Origin: Sphingomonadales bacterium CG_4_10_14_3_um_filter_58_15
GTDB taxonomy: Bacteria > Pseudomonadota > Alphaproteobacteria > Sphingomonadales > Sphingomonadaceae
Length of the DNA stretch: 60,235 nucleotides
Assembly: GCA_002783865.1 (NCBI GenBank)
Contig: PFJE01000178.1
Span: 1 to 60,235, forward strand
Direction: 5' to 3'
A program made the position numbers and the translations under genes. The notes beneath the pieces are model-generated. The model searched no databases. It was not told where the DNA came from and saw only the letters and a program-made list of their open reading frames with translations. Within the stretch, counting starts at the first letter, position 1. Each line of letters opens with the position of its first letter. Below are positions 1 to 9,916 of the stretch, piece after piece.

Positions 1-56
1 GTCACTCATATCTGGGTGGCATCAGCCCACTGGCGTTCGAAGCCAAGGTGGCATAA
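1..56 (+). CDS. IS3-family transposase, C-terminal end (truncated by window edge)
   Basis: Frame from nt 3 reads HSYLGGISPLAFEAKVA*, matching the typical IS3 OrfB C-terminus (RxHSxLGxxSPxxFE). Confidence 0.75.
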   Translation, partial: HSYLGGISPLAFEAKVA

Positions 57-93
57 TGAGATCAGTGACCGGCACGAAACCGTTACAAGTCCA
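1..93 (+). mobile_element. Right end of an IS3-family insertion sequence
   Basis: Transposase stop at 56 is followed by GGCACGAAACCGTTACAAGTCCA ending in CA at 93, the expected IS3 terminus. Unrelated coding sequence starts immediately after. Confidence 0.7.
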
Positions 94-245
94 CACCGCC
101 TTGCAGCGAAGGTGTGAACTGGCATGTGCTGAAAGAGCCGATAACCGCGAGCGAGGATCAGATTGAGACTTTCCAAGAGCTGATCGGAGATAGTGCGCGT
201 CCGGTGCGGGCGCTCAACAACCGGCTGGTTGTCGCACCGAAGTAA
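93..245 (+). pseudogene. Alpha-class carbonic anhydrase, 3' fragment cut off by the IS
   Basis: Reads TPPCSEGVNWHVLKEPITASEDQIETFQELIGDSARPVRALNNRLVVAPK*. It contains the alpha-CA (GSLT)TPPCSEGVxW motif and a C-terminal RPxxxLNxR motif, and has no start codon. Confidence 0.8.
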
Positions 246-320
246 CCGGCAGCTAGCCGATTTTCTGTGAGGCACCGCTTTTTTGTGGTAGAAAGGCGGG
301 GTGATCAGGAGACCACCGGC

Positions 321-1235
321 ATGACGATAAGCAATTTTACCGAGAAGGACGTGCCCGACCAGAACGGGCGCGTCTTTTTTATTACGGGCGCGAACAGCGG
401 CTTGGGCTTCGAGACCGCCAAGGCGCTGGCCGGCAAGGGCGCGCGGGTGCTGATGGGATGCCGCTCGGACACAAAAGCCAAGGCGGCGATGGAGGATATT
501 CGCGAAGCGCATCCCGCGGCGGATCTGCGTTTCATTCCGTTGGACCTCGGTGACCTCCAGTCCATTCATAACGCCGCAAAGCTGATCGAGACAGAGCCGC
601 GTCTGGATGTTCTGGTCAACAACGCCGGGATCATGATGCCGCCGCGCGAAGAAACCGCCGATGGATTTGAATCGCAATTTGGCGTCAATCATCTGGGCAC
701 GTTTGCGCTTACCGGTTTGTTGCTCGACAAACTGGCAAAAGGTCGCGAGCCGCGGGCGGTCATCACCTCGAGCATGGCGCATCGCAGCGGCCAGATCGAT
801 TTTGACGATATCAATGCCGAGGACAGCTATAGCCGCTGGGGCCGGTATGCGATGAGCAAACTGGCCAATCTGCTGCACATGTATGAACTCGACCGGCGCT
901 TGCGGGCGGCCAATTCGCCGATCATGGCGGTTGCCTGTCATCCGGGCGTGGCGGATACGGAACTGACGAAGAATTTTCCGGGCTTGCTGGTTTCCCTGTT
1001 CCGGCCAGTCTCCAGCCTGTTCATGAACAGCGCGGCGGAAGGGGCGTGGCCGACGCTGGCTGCGGCAACCGCGACCGATGCTGAAAGCGGCCAGTATTTC
1101 GGGCCCAGCCGAAACGGCGAATGGGTCGGACCGGCGCGCGAAGTGCAACCCCGTTCAAAAGCCAAAAAAATTGAACCGGCGAAACGGCTCTGGACGGTGT
1201 CGGAGCAGATGACCGGGGTCAAATATCCCGTGTGA
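321..1235 (+). CDS. Short-chain dehydrogenase/reductase (retinol dehydrogenase-like)
   Basis: TGANSGLG, NNAG and YxxxK (YAMSK) motifs. ATG at 321 follows AGGAG. Confidence 0.9.
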   Translation: MTISNFTEKDVPDQNGRVFFITGANSGLGFETAKALAGKGARVLMGCRSDTKAKAAMEDIREAHPAADLRFIPLDLGDLQSIHNAAKLIETEPRLDVLVNNAGIMMPPREETADGFESQFGVNHLGTFALTGLLLDKLAKGREPRAVITSSMAHRSGQIDFDDINAEDSYSRWGRYAMSKLANLLHMYELDRRLRAANSPIMAVACHPGVADTELTKNFPGLLVSLFRPVSSLFMNSAAEGAWPTLAAATATDAESGQYFGPSRNGEWVGPAREVQPRSKAKKIEPAKRLWTVSEQMTGVKYPV

Positions 1236-1341
1236 CCGCGGCAATAGGGTTGATTTCGGTATTTCCTTTGCGTCCAGCGCGTTGTTGCGTTAGCTTTGCG
1301 GTGGGAGGACAGATTTAACCACTGGTTTTGGGGGATATTGT

Positions 1342-2751
1342 TTGTTCGATGAAATGCTGGGTAACGGGGATCATGTGCGCCCCGCTTATCAAGATTATAA
1401 AGACTGGCTGGATGGCGAGGATGTCAAACGGCTCCATCGCAAATCGGCCGAAGCGGAGGCGTTTTTCCGCAAAACGGGGATCACCTTCAACGTCTATGGC
1501 CAGGATGAAGCCGACGAACGGCTGATCCCGTTTGATGTTGTGCCGCGCGTGCTGTCGGCGCGCGAGTGGCGCAAGCTGTCAAAAGGCATCGAGCAGCGGG
1601 TCCGGGCGATCAATGCGTTTCTCTATGATATCTATCATCGACAGGAAATCTTGCGAGCCGGCCGCGTACCGATCGAGCTGATCGCCAATAACGCAGCCTT
1701 TTTGCCGCAGATGATCGGCGTCAATCCGCCCGGTGGCATTTACACCCATATTATCGGGACCGATATCGTCCGCACCGGTGATGAAGAATTTTACGTGCTG
1801 GAAGACAATGCCCGGACCCCGTCGGGGGTCAGCTACATGCTTGAAAATCGCGAGACGATGTTGCAGATGTTCCCGGAGCTTTTCGCCAAGATCAAGGTTC
1901 AGGAAGTCAGCAACTATCCGGGCCAATTGCGCCGTTCACTCGCCGCGTGCGCACCTCAGAAATGCGAAGGCAAGCCGGTTGTCGCCGTCTTGACCCCGGG
2001 CATCCACAACAGCGCCTATTTCGAGCACAGCTTTCTTGCCGATCAGATGGGCGTGGAACTGGTCGAGGGGCATGATCTCAAGATTGTCGATGGCCGCGTC
2101 GCCATGCGGACCACCGAGGGCTATACCGCGATCGATGTGCTCTACCGCCGGATCGACGATGATTATCTGGACCCGCTGAATTTCGAACCCCATTCGATGC
2201 TGGGTGTGCCCGGCATATTTGATGTGTATCGATCGGGCGGCATCACCATCGCCAACGCGCCCGGAACCGGGATAGCCGACGACAAGGCGCTGTATAGTTA
2301 CATGCCCGACATCGTCGAATTCTATACCGGAGAAAAACCGCTGCTCGAAAATGTGCCGACCTGGCGCTGCTCGGAGAAAGATGAACTGGCCTATGTGCTG
2401 GAACATCTGGAAGAACTGGTTGTCAAAGAGGTCCACGGTTCGGGCGGTTATGGCATGCTGGTCGGACCAGCAGCATCGAAGAAAGAAGTTGCCGCATTTC
2501 GCGCCAAGCTGATCGATAACGCGAGCAACTATATCGCGCAGCCAACGCTGGCGCTCTCTACCGTGCCGATCTTCACGAAAAAGGGATTGTCCCCGCGCCA
2601 TGTCGATCTCCGGCCGTTTGTTCTGGTGTCGCCCAACGGCATCAGCATTACGCCGGGCGGCCTGACCCGGGTGGCGATGACCAAAGGATCCCTGGTTGTA
2701 AACAGCAGCCAGGGTGGAGGGACCAAAGATACATGGGTGCTCGAAGAATGA
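1342..2751 (+). CDS. Circularly permuted type 2 ATP-grasp protein
   Basis: VLEDNARTPSGVSY, HVDLRPF and C-terminal VNSSQGGGTKDTWV motifs. Confidence 0.92.
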   Translation: MFDEMLGNGDHVRPAYQDYKDWLDGEDVKRLHRKSAEAEAFFRKTGITFNVYGQDEADERLIPFDVVPRVLSAREWRKLSKGIEQRVRAINAFLYDIYHRQEILRAGRVPIELIANNAAFLPQMIGVNPPGGIYTHIIGTDIVRTGDEEFYVLEDNARTPSGVSYMLENRETMLQMFPELFAKIKVQEVSNYPGQLRRSLAACAPQKCEGKPVVAVLTPGIHNSAYFEHSFLADQMGVELVEGHDLKIVDGRVAMRTTEGYTAIDVLYRRIDDDYLDPLNFEPHSMLGVPGIFDVYRSGGITIANAPGTGIADDKALYSYMPDIVEFYTGEKPLLENVPTWRCSEKDELAYVLEHLEELVVKEVHGSGGYGMLVGPAASKKEVAAFRAKLIDNASNYIAQPTLALSTVPIFTKKGLSPRHVDLRPFVLVSPNGISITPGGLTRVAMTKGSLVVNSSQGGGTKDTWVLEE

Positions 2752-2764
2752 GGGGGCGTCTCTG

Positions 2765-3715
2765 ATGCTGGGTAAAACAGCTGCAAGTCTGTTCTGGATG
2801 TCACGTTATCTTGAGCGTGTGGAAAATAGCGCGCGTTTCATCGACGCGGGATTCCGGATTTCTCTCACCCGTTCTGCATCCGCGAGCGACGAATGGTCAT
2901 CGGTGCTCAAGTCATCCGGCGTGATCGCTGCCTATCGGAAGAAACATGACGATTTTGCATCCGCAAAGGTCATCGATTTTTTGCTGCGCGATCGCGACAA
3001 TGAAAGCAGCGTCATGGCGGTCATGAAAAAAGCGCGGGATAGCGCTAGGACCGCACGAACGGCGCTGACGCGAGAAGTCTGGGAAGCGACCAACGAAAGC
3101 TGGATGACATTGAAAGCCACCATGGCGAAGCCGGTGAAGGAGCAGGATTTGCCCGAGACGCTCGGCTTGATCCGTCAGCAGAGCGCATTGGTCAGGGGCG
3201 CAACGCTCGGCACGATGCTGCGCAATGACGGGTTCAATTTTCTCCGGCTGGGAAGTTTTGTGGAACGGGCTGACAGTACCGCTCGGATTCTCGATGTAAA
3301 ATATTATCTGCTGCTGCCGTCGGTCGCCCTGATCGGATCATCGGTGGACAATGTGCAATGGGAAACGATTTTGCGTTCGGTGTCGGCGCACCGTTCTTTT
3401 CGCTGGCTCAATGGTACTGACATTAGTGCACAGGCTGTTGCCGACTATCTGATTCTCCACAAACAAATGCCGCGGTCCTTGACCTTTTGTTACGCCAAGA
3501 TCAGCGACAATCTGAATTATCTTGACGAAAATTATGGCCGCGAAAGCGCGTCGGGGGAACTGGCGCAAGAGATTTGCAATGATATTTTGAGCCGGCCGAT
3601 CGAAGCGATTTTTGAATCCGGCCTGCACGAATATATTTCCGATTTCATTGCCGCCAACAACCGCCTGGCCGCGCAAATCGAAATGGATTTCAATTTTCAG
3701 GACAGGATCGGATAG
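2765..3715 (+). CDS. Alpha-E domain protein (DUF403)
   Basis: LFWMSRYLERVEN and GSFVERAD ER motifs; directly follows the ATP-grasp gene. Confidence 0.9.
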   Translation: MLGKTAASLFWMSRYLERVENSARFIDAGFRISLTRSASASDEWSSVLKSSGVIAAYRKKHDDFASAKVIDFLLRDRDNESSVMAVMKKARDSARTARTALTREVWEATNESWMTLKATMAKPVKEQDLPETLGLIRQQSALVRGATLGTMLRNDGFNFLRLGSFVERADSTARILDVKYYLLLPSVALIGSSVDNVQWETILRSVSAHRSFRWLNGTDISAQAVADYLILHKQMPRSLTFCYAKISDNLNYLDENYGRESASGELAQEICNDILSRPIEAIFESGLHEYISDFIAANNRLAAQIEMDFNFQDRIG

Positions 3716-3717
3716 CC

Positions 3718-4518
3718 ATGCTGTTGAAGATTAATCACGAAACCCGCTATGTATATGACACGCCCGTACAATATGGGTTGCAGCAAGTTCGGCTGCGGCC
3801 GAAGGAGCGCGTCGGTCAGCAGGTCAAGAGCTGGAATATCGAAATCGAAGGCGGCAAGGTGGAACTGTCGTTTGAGGATCAGCATTGCAATCATGTCGAC
3901 CTGATCAGCATCGACCAGGGCCGCACGGAAATATCGATCAAGTGCTCCGGCGAAGTCGAAAATAGCGACGGCAGCGGGATCATGGGCATACATAGCGGAT
4001 CGGCACCGCTCTGGTATTTCAAACAGGCAACAGACTTGACGAAACCGGGTCCGGAAACCAAAAAATTGATTGCATCGCTCGGCGACGATTTTGAAAATGA
4101 CGTCGCCAAGCTGCATAGCTTGTCCGCCGCGATTGTCGAAAAAGTTGTCTATAAGACCGGAGAAACCGACGCGGAAACCAACGCCGAGACCGCGCTCAAA
4201 ACCGGAGCGGGAGTCTGTCAGGATCACAGTCATATCTTCTGTGCGGCCGCGCGCTCGCTGGGTTTTCCGACCCGCTATGTTTCGGGCTATCTGATGATGA
4301 GCGACCGGGTCGATCAGGATGCCACCCATGCGTGGGCGGAAGCGCATATCGTTGGGCTGGGCTGGGTCGGATTTGACGTTTCCAATGGCTATTCTCCGGA
4401 TGAGCGCTATGTGCGTGTTGCAACCGGCCTTGATTATCGGGAAGCGTCGCCGATTTCGGGCATGCGATACGGTGCTGCCAATGAAGATATGATTGTCACG
4501 TTGCAGGTGCAGCAGTAA
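3718..4518 (+). CDS. Transglutaminase-like protein
   Basis: GVCQDHSH, RYVSGY, HAWAE and GWVGFD catalytic Cys/His/Asp motifs. Confidence 0.92.
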   Translation: MLLKINHETRYVYDTPVQYGLQQVRLRPKERVGQQVKSWNIEIEGGKVELSFEDQHCNHVDLISIDQGRTEISIKCSGEVENSDGSGIMGIHSGSAPLWYFKQATDLTKPGPETKKLIASLGDDFENDVAKLHSLSAAIVEKVVYKTGETDAETNAETALKTGAGVCQDHSHIFCAAARSLGFPTRYVSGYLMMSDRVDQDATHAWAEAHIVGLGWVGFDVSNGYSPDERYVRVATGLDYREASPISGMRYGAANEDMIVTLQVQQ

Positions 4519-4550
4519 ACAGGCGGTAAAGCCAGTTCAGGAATTTAATA

Positions 4551-5288
4551 ATGACCTATTGCGTAGGCCTGCGGATGAAACGCGGCCTTGTTTTCATGTC
4601 GGATACGCGGACCAATGCCGGGGTGGACGATATCGCTCAGGTCAAGAAACTGACCAGCTGGGAAGTGCCGGGCGACCGGGTCATCACCCTGCTTTCGGCG
4701 GGCAATCTGGCGACCACTCAGGCTGTTGTCAGCCTGCTGGATGAGCGCGGAAAGCATCCCGATGACCGCAATCCGTCGATTTTGCAGGCACCCTCGATGT
4801 TTCAGGTTGCCACCATCATTGGCGAAACCTTGCGCGAAGTGGTGAAAACCTATTCTCACGACGGTCAGGAAGCCAAATCTCCGTTCAGCGCGACATTGAT
4901 TGTCGGCGGGCAGATTCATGGCAGCGATCCCCGACTCTTCCTGATCTATCCGGCCGGAAATTTTATCGAGGCCAGCGATGACAGCCCGTTTTTCCAAAGC
5001 GGCGAAACCAAATATGGTCGCCCGATTCTGGTGCGCGCCTTCGAGCCCGATATGTCTTTCGAAGACGCCGTCAAGCTGTTGCTGGTTTCGTTCGATTCGA
5101 CGATCCGCGCCAATCTGGCGGTCGATCTGCCGCTCGACATGCAGGTTTACGAAGCGGACAGTTTCTCTATCACGCGCCAGCAGCGGATCGAAAAGGTTGA
5201 TCCCTATTTCCAAACGATTTCGGAAGGGTGGGGCGATGCCCTCAGAAGTGCCTTTCAATCGCTGCCCGATTTCACCTTCAAAGACTAG
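4551..5288 (+). CDS. Anbu proteasome-type Ntn peptidase
   Basis: N-terminal (M)TYCVG...SDTRTNAGVD with Thr1 nucleophile; GETKYGRPIL. Confidence 0.92.
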   Translation: MTYCVGLRMKRGLVFMSDTRTNAGVDDIAQVKKLTSWEVPGDRVITLLSAGNLATTQAVVSLLDERGKHPDDRNPSILQAPSMFQVATIIGETLREVVKTYSHDGQEAKSPFSATLIVGGQIHGSDPRLFLIYPAGNFIEASDDSPFFQSGETKYGRPILVRAFEPDMSFEDAVKLLLVSFDSTIRANLAVDLPLDMQVYEADSFSITRQQRIEKVDPYFQTISEGWGDALRSAFQSLPDFTFKD

Positions 5289-7306
5289 CCGAAGCGTCTT
5301 TTCCCCGCCAGCGCCCGATGGGCCATGGCCATGGTGGTGAGCTGTGCGTTGACCCGGATACAGCTGGGCATGACGCTGGCATCCGCGACATAGCAATTGG
5401 TGGTGTTGTGAACACGCTGATTGAGGTCGACCACGCCCTTGTGCGGGTCAGCGTTGATCGCGTTGCCGCCGTGCGGATGGGAGCTTGAAAGAACGACATC
5501 ATCGGGCTCTTCGATCGCTTGCTCATAAAAGGCATCAATATCGGCATGGCTCATATCGCAGGTCAGCGTCTGACCGCGGAGCAGGGCGGGGTAGACCTCG
5601 ATCGCGCCGTTGAGAAAATGGACCTTGGTCATCGTCGCCAGCGCCCGGCGTAACAATGCCAGTTCTTCCTCGCCGATTTTCAGCTTGAGCTTGCCATTGT
5701 CCATATAGCCGAGCCGGTCGGCCGGGAACAGGACGCCAGCCGAGACAAGCCGGTTGTAGTTTCTCATCCGCTCATAATGATCCTCGAACCAGCCCGGCAC
5801 GAGCGTTGCCATGCTCATCGGCGGTTGGAAATGGCTTTCGATCAGAAAATCGCCGCGGTCGACATAGGTCGCCATCTGATCCTCGTTCCAGACATTGACG
5901 TCCGTGCCTTCGGGCATCAAGGCGACCACCGGGCAGGCGATGTTCAGCGAGATATTGCTACCCGATTGCAAAATGCCGCTGTCGTAAAGCAGGTTGCTGG
6001 ACGCCAGGGCGCCGGCTGCCACAACCACGCCTTTGCGGGCACGAATGGTGCGCCTGCCACCGTCGCTCAGCCTGATTTTGACGGCATGCGCGATCCTTTT
6101 TCCGTTGGCACCTTCGTCCCACAGGATTTCGACCGCTTCGGCGCGATCCAATATCCGCGCCGGTTTGCTGCGGGCATCGCTGGTGGCATGGGTCAGGAAG
6201 CTCTCCGGCATCGCTTTCTTTCGGCCATAGGGGCAGCCCGTGTTGCAATAGCCACAATAGACGCATTCACTGTCCGCGGTTGTCGGCCCATAGTTTTTCC
6301 GAAACCAGGCGGTGATCGCTTTTTTGTCCATGGGATCATCCGATTGTGCGGCATATTTGTTCCAGCCGTCGATCAGATGGGGACCGTTATTGCGACCCAC
6401 GATCCGGTCGATTTCCGAAACCTCCAGCGCCTGCTCGACCGCCTCATAGCTGCGAGTGAGATCCGTTTCGCTGATCGGAGCGCCCAATTTGGCCCAGGTG
6501 TCGTAAACATCTTCGGCGTCGGGGTGGACCAGGTCCTTGTGCTTCATGCGCAGGCAGATGCCATTGTTGATGACGGTGGACCCGCCCACGACCCGGCCCT
6601 GAAACACAATGATGTCGCGATCGGTGGTGGTTTGCAGCGCCCCGTCCTTGAACATCCGGGCGGTCATCCGGGCTTCCTGATGGGTGATGCGGGATGAGGG
6701 ATAATGGCCACCGGCCTCGATGATCAGGGCTTCATGCCCCTCATCGGCAATAGCTGCTGCGGCGACCGCGCCACCAGCGCCCGATCCGATCACAATCACG
6801 TCGGTTTCCTCGGGAACGGCGTCATGGCCGACGAATACCCCCGGCTTGAGATCACGGCTCGGCTCGCGGCGGACCTGACGTTCTCCGGGAGCGGAGCGGT
6901 CGCGCTGTGCTGGCAATTCAAACTCCAGATCAGCATAGATGGGATTGTCGAAATTTGCCGCTTCATCTCCCGGTTGCCAATGGCCGTAATAGCCGGCCAG
7001 GATGACGCCCTTGGTGCGCGCGATATCCTGAAACAGGTCGATGCGAGATTTCTGGAGCCGGCGGCGGATCAGGTTCTTTCGAATTGCGGGCGGCGCTGCG
7101 AGGAAAAAAGGTCCGCCCAAAACGAGCAGCAGGCCGTACAGGGCCATGCCGATTTCGGCGGGCTTTTTGCCTTCGATATTGGAGAACTGATACTGGACAT
7201 TATCGACAACCTGATCGGGGGAGATGGCCATTTTGCGATTGTGAAACAAGGCTTCGGCCATCGCCTTGATCATCAGCGCCTGCAGGCGATTAAACGGCTT
7301 TTTCAA
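5285..7306 (-). CDS. GMC-family FAD oxidoreductase with N-terminal extension
   Basis: VIVIGSGAGG, VGGSTVINNG, CxYCGYCNTGC and C-terminal VADASVMP...VNAQLT. Confidence 0.85.
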   Translation of the reverse strand: MKKPFNRLQALMIKAMAEALFHNRKMAISPDQVVDNVQYQFSNIEGKKPAEIGMALYGLLLVLGGPFFLAAPPAIRKNLIRRRLQKSRIDLFQDIARTKGVILAGYYGHWQPGDEAANFDNPIYADLEFELPAQRDRSAPGERQVRREPSRDLKPGVFVGHDAVPEETDVIVIGSGAGGAVAAAAIADEGHEALIIEAGGHYPSSRITHQEARMTARMFKDGALQTTTDRDIIVFQGRVVGGSTVINNGICLRMKHKDLVHPDAEDVYDTWAKLGAPISETDLTRSYEAVEQALEVSEIDRIVGRNNGPHLIDGWNKYAAQSDDPMDKKAITAWFRKNYGPTTADSECVYCGYCNTGCPYGRKKAMPESFLTHATSDARSKPARILDRAEAVEILWDEGANGKRIAHAVKIRLSDGGRRTIRARKGVVVAAGALASSNLLYDSGILQSGSNISLNIACPVVALMPEGTDVNVWNEDQMATYVDRGDFLIESHFQPPMSMATLVPGWFEDHYERMRNYNRLVSAGVLFPADRLGYMDNGKLKLKIGEEELALLRRALATMTKVHFLNGAIEVYPALLRGQTLTCDMSHADIDAFYEQAIEEPDDVVLSSSHPHGGNAINADPHKGVVDLNQRVHNTTNCYVADASVMPSCIRVNAQLTTMAMAHRALAGKRRFG

Positions 7307-7351
7307 CTTTCATCTCCCTAGGTGCGACCCGGGGGTGTCTATCGTTTTGGT

Positions 7352-8380
7352 CTAGTCCTGCGCAGGTTGGTCGCCCATGCCTATGCCCAAGCCATCTCCG
7401 TCGGACCCGGCCTTGAACCGGCGAACAAGTTTGCCGGTGGCCAGATCCACTTCGGCAATGGTATCAGGACCGGTTTCGGCGACATAGAGATTTTTTCCGT
7501 TGGATGAGAACAGGATTGTTACTTGCCGGGAATCAGCGGTCCCGCTGATCTCGATACTCCCTGTCGGTGTGCGCGAAGCGACATCGAACAGGCCGAGCGT
7601 GCCATCGCCCAGATTGGAGGTGATCGCGGTTGCTCCATCGGGGCTGATCGCGACGCGGATCGGGAACGGCCCAGTTTCGATCAGCGCCAGTTGCTCCAGG
7701 CTCTGCGCATCAAAAACGCGCAATTGATCGCTGACCCGATCGGCGACCCAGATCGTGGCGCCGTCTGGGGTGATCGCGAGGCCTTCCGGCTCTGTTCCCG
7801 CCGGCAGATCGGCGATCTTGGTCCTTGTAACCAGATCCAGGACACTGACGGTGCCGGACTGCATGTTGGTCACAAAAGCACGGGCCTTATCCGGCGTGAC
7901 CACCAGCATATGGCTGCCCTTCTGCCCCGTCGCAATTGTTGCAACCCGACGCGCTTGTTCCTCGTCCGTTGGTGGAGACACAATCGTGATGTTGTCGCTG
8001 CCTTCGGTCGTTGTAATGATCCGGCCATCGTCGAGCCACAGAATGCCGTGCGGTCTTCGGGCAGGTGCCAGCGACACGGTTTCGATTTTCTCCCTTGCCG
8101 CGATGTCGAAAATATCGATCGTGTCCCCGCCATAGGACACCACCGCTGCCAGCTGTCCATCCGGCGATATCGCGATCTCGTGAGGCTGGTTCCCGGTGGC
8201 GCGTCGGGCGATTTCCTTGCCGCTCTTCAAATCGATGAAGCTCAGGCTGTCTTCGCCCTTGTTTCCGACCATCAACGTGCCGGACATTTCGTCGGTTTCG
8301 GCGGCCACATTGAAACTGAACAGGCAGCCGACGGCTATCAGAAATATCGACGACCGGAACCGCGCAACACTGGTGAACAT
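7352..8380 (-). CDS. Exported YVTN/YncE-type beta-propeller protein
   Basis: Signal peptide; repeated PHEIAISPDG / PEGLAITPDG / PIRVAISPDG blades. Confidence 0.85.
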   Translation of the reverse strand: MFTSVARFRSSIFLIAVGCLFSFNVAAETDEMSGTLMVGNKGEDSLSFIDLKSGKEIARRATGNQPHEIAISPDGQLAAVVSYGGDTIDIFDIAAREKIETVSLAPARRPHGILWLDDGRIITTTEGSDNITIVSPPTDEEQARRVATIATGQKGSHMLVVTPDKARAFVTNMQSGTVSVLDLVTRTKIADLPAGTEPEGLAITPDGATIWVADRVSDQLRVFDAQSLEQLALIETGPFPIRVAISPDGATAITSNLGDGTLGLFDVASRTPTGSIEISGTADSRQVTILFSSNGKNLYVAETGPDTIAEVDLATGKLVRRFKAGSDGDGLGIGMGDQPAQD

Positions 8381-8524
8381 TGTCCAAACTATCCTATCAT
8401 TTCATACAGGATAACAGGTAATACCAGTTTTGCTACCCTGCTTTGCCGCGGGTGTGATGAAAAGCACCGCTCGTCAGGGGAGGGATGATAGGATAGATAA
8501 TTCGTAATCAATTGAGGGTTTGTC

Positions 8525-9091
8525 ATGCTTAATACAGCTCGTCGTTTCTTGTCCACGCTGGTCACCGCAACAACGGTTGCGGCTCTGGTCTCCGCCACGC
8601 CTGCTTCGGCCCAATTTGGAGGCCTGTTCAAGAAAAAGCCGTCCGCCGACCAAAAAGCGGGTAGCGATGGCTGTGATGCCGATTCGAAGAATTCGATCGG
8701 CAAATCGATATTGGGCAGTGTGATCGGGGATTTTACGCGGCGCGCTACCGGCGGAATGGGTGTCGTCGGGTCCTTCATTCCCCGTGCAGAAGTGGCCGGT
8801 ACGTTGACCAATGCCATCGCTTGTCGACTGGATCCGGATGAACAGCTGCAGGCCGCAGAAGCGACCCGAAGCGTAACCCAGTCCGAGCAGGTCGGCACCA
8901 CGTCGCAATGGACAAGCCAGACGCGTGCCGGTGTCTCGGGCAGTTCGACCGCAACCGCCAAGACGCAGACGGCGGACGGTAGAAGTTGCATGACGATCAC
9001 GGATGTTGTTATTGTCGACGGTGAAGAAAACCGTGTGTCCAAGCAGATGTGCAAAAATCCGGGAGAAACACGATATGTCGTCGTGGTATGA
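8525..9091 (+). CDS. Exported hypothetical protein, 17-kDa surface-antigen-like C-terminus
   Basis: Signal peptide ending ASA-Q, Gly-rich middle, LD..EQ..A helix, then W...C...C beta region. Confidence 0.6.
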   Translation: MLNTARRFLSTLVTATTVAALVSATPASAQFGGLFKKKPSADQKAGSDGCDADSKNSIGKSILGSVIGDFTRRATGGMGVVGSFIPRAEVAGTLTNAIACRLDPDEQLQAAEATRSVTQSEQVGTTSQWTSQTRAGVSGSSTATAKTQTADGRSCMTITDVVIVDGEENRVSKQMCKNPGETRYVVVV

Positions 9092-9094
9092 AAC

Positions 9095-9811
9095 ATGAAT
9101 TCTAAAATCAAATCAGCAATTGTCGTCGCCTCTCTTTTTGCAATCGGGGCTACCGATGTGAAACCCGGCATGGACCCGGATAATCCAACCTGTCCGCAGG
9201 CTCCCAATTGGTCGAACAACAAAACGATGGAGCTGACCCCGAAGATGATCGACGGCACCAAGGTTTTGCTGGCCGAGGGTGCTGTCGACCAGGGTCTGCC
9301 CGACCGGTTGCGTAAAGTGCTGACGGAAAATCCGGATATTTCCGAAATCTGGCTGCGGTCTTCGGGCGGTAATGCGAGAGCAGGCAATGAAGCGGGCCGG
9401 GTGATCCGGGAAGCGGATGCCTTGATCATCACCCGCATTCCCGCAGGATGGACCTGTTTCAGTGCGTGCAATTTTGTCTTCATGGGCGGCAGGGCCCGGA
9501 TCGTCGAGCCGGGCGCGCATTTCATGGTTCATATGTTCACGATGACCAACGACCGCAACGCGATCAATTACAGCATCGAAATGGGCACGGATTCGACCGT
9601 TGGACTAATCGGTGAAGTGGAGCAGCAAAGCGCGCTGCTGGCGACGGAGGACAATGATTTCCTGATCCGGATGGGCGTGTCGCGCAAATTATTGTCGGAG
9701 GTCATGTACAAGACCAACGCGGTGAAAACCGAGGACGGCGACACGTCCACCCGTCGCTGTCTCACCACCGAGGAAGCGCTTCGTTACAATGTCGCCAATG
9801 TCGGCGGCTAA
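9095..9811 (+). CDS. Exported ClpP/crotonase-fold-like hypothetical protein
   Basis: Signal peptide; LRSSGGN, CFSAC...FMGG..R and FMVH motifs; 3 bp after the upstream gene. Confidence 0.6.
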   Translation: MNSKIKSAIVVASLFAIGATDVKPGMDPDNPTCPQAPNWSNNKTMELTPKMIDGTKVLLAEGAVDQGLPDRLRKVLTENPDISEIWLRSSGGNARAGNEAGRVIREADALIITRIPAGWTCFSACNFVFMGGRARIVEPGAHFMVHMFTMTNDRNAINYSIEMGTDSTVGLIGEVEQQSALLATEDNDFLIRMGVSRKLLSEVMYKTNAVKTEDGDTSTRRCLTTEEALRYNVANVGG

Positions 9812-9916
9812 ACTTCTGTGCAGGGGATTCCGGCCTCGCGAAAATGACAGCGCCCTTTTGCTTTTCTTTTGAAATTATGGCGTTAGCATAAGCGAGATAA
9901 TCGGGGAGGCCGGACG

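Noticed and set aside
6-1148. 380-aa minus-strand ORF
   Set aside because: Antisense shadow of the SDR gene; the plus strand explains the region (IS end, CA fragment, SDR).
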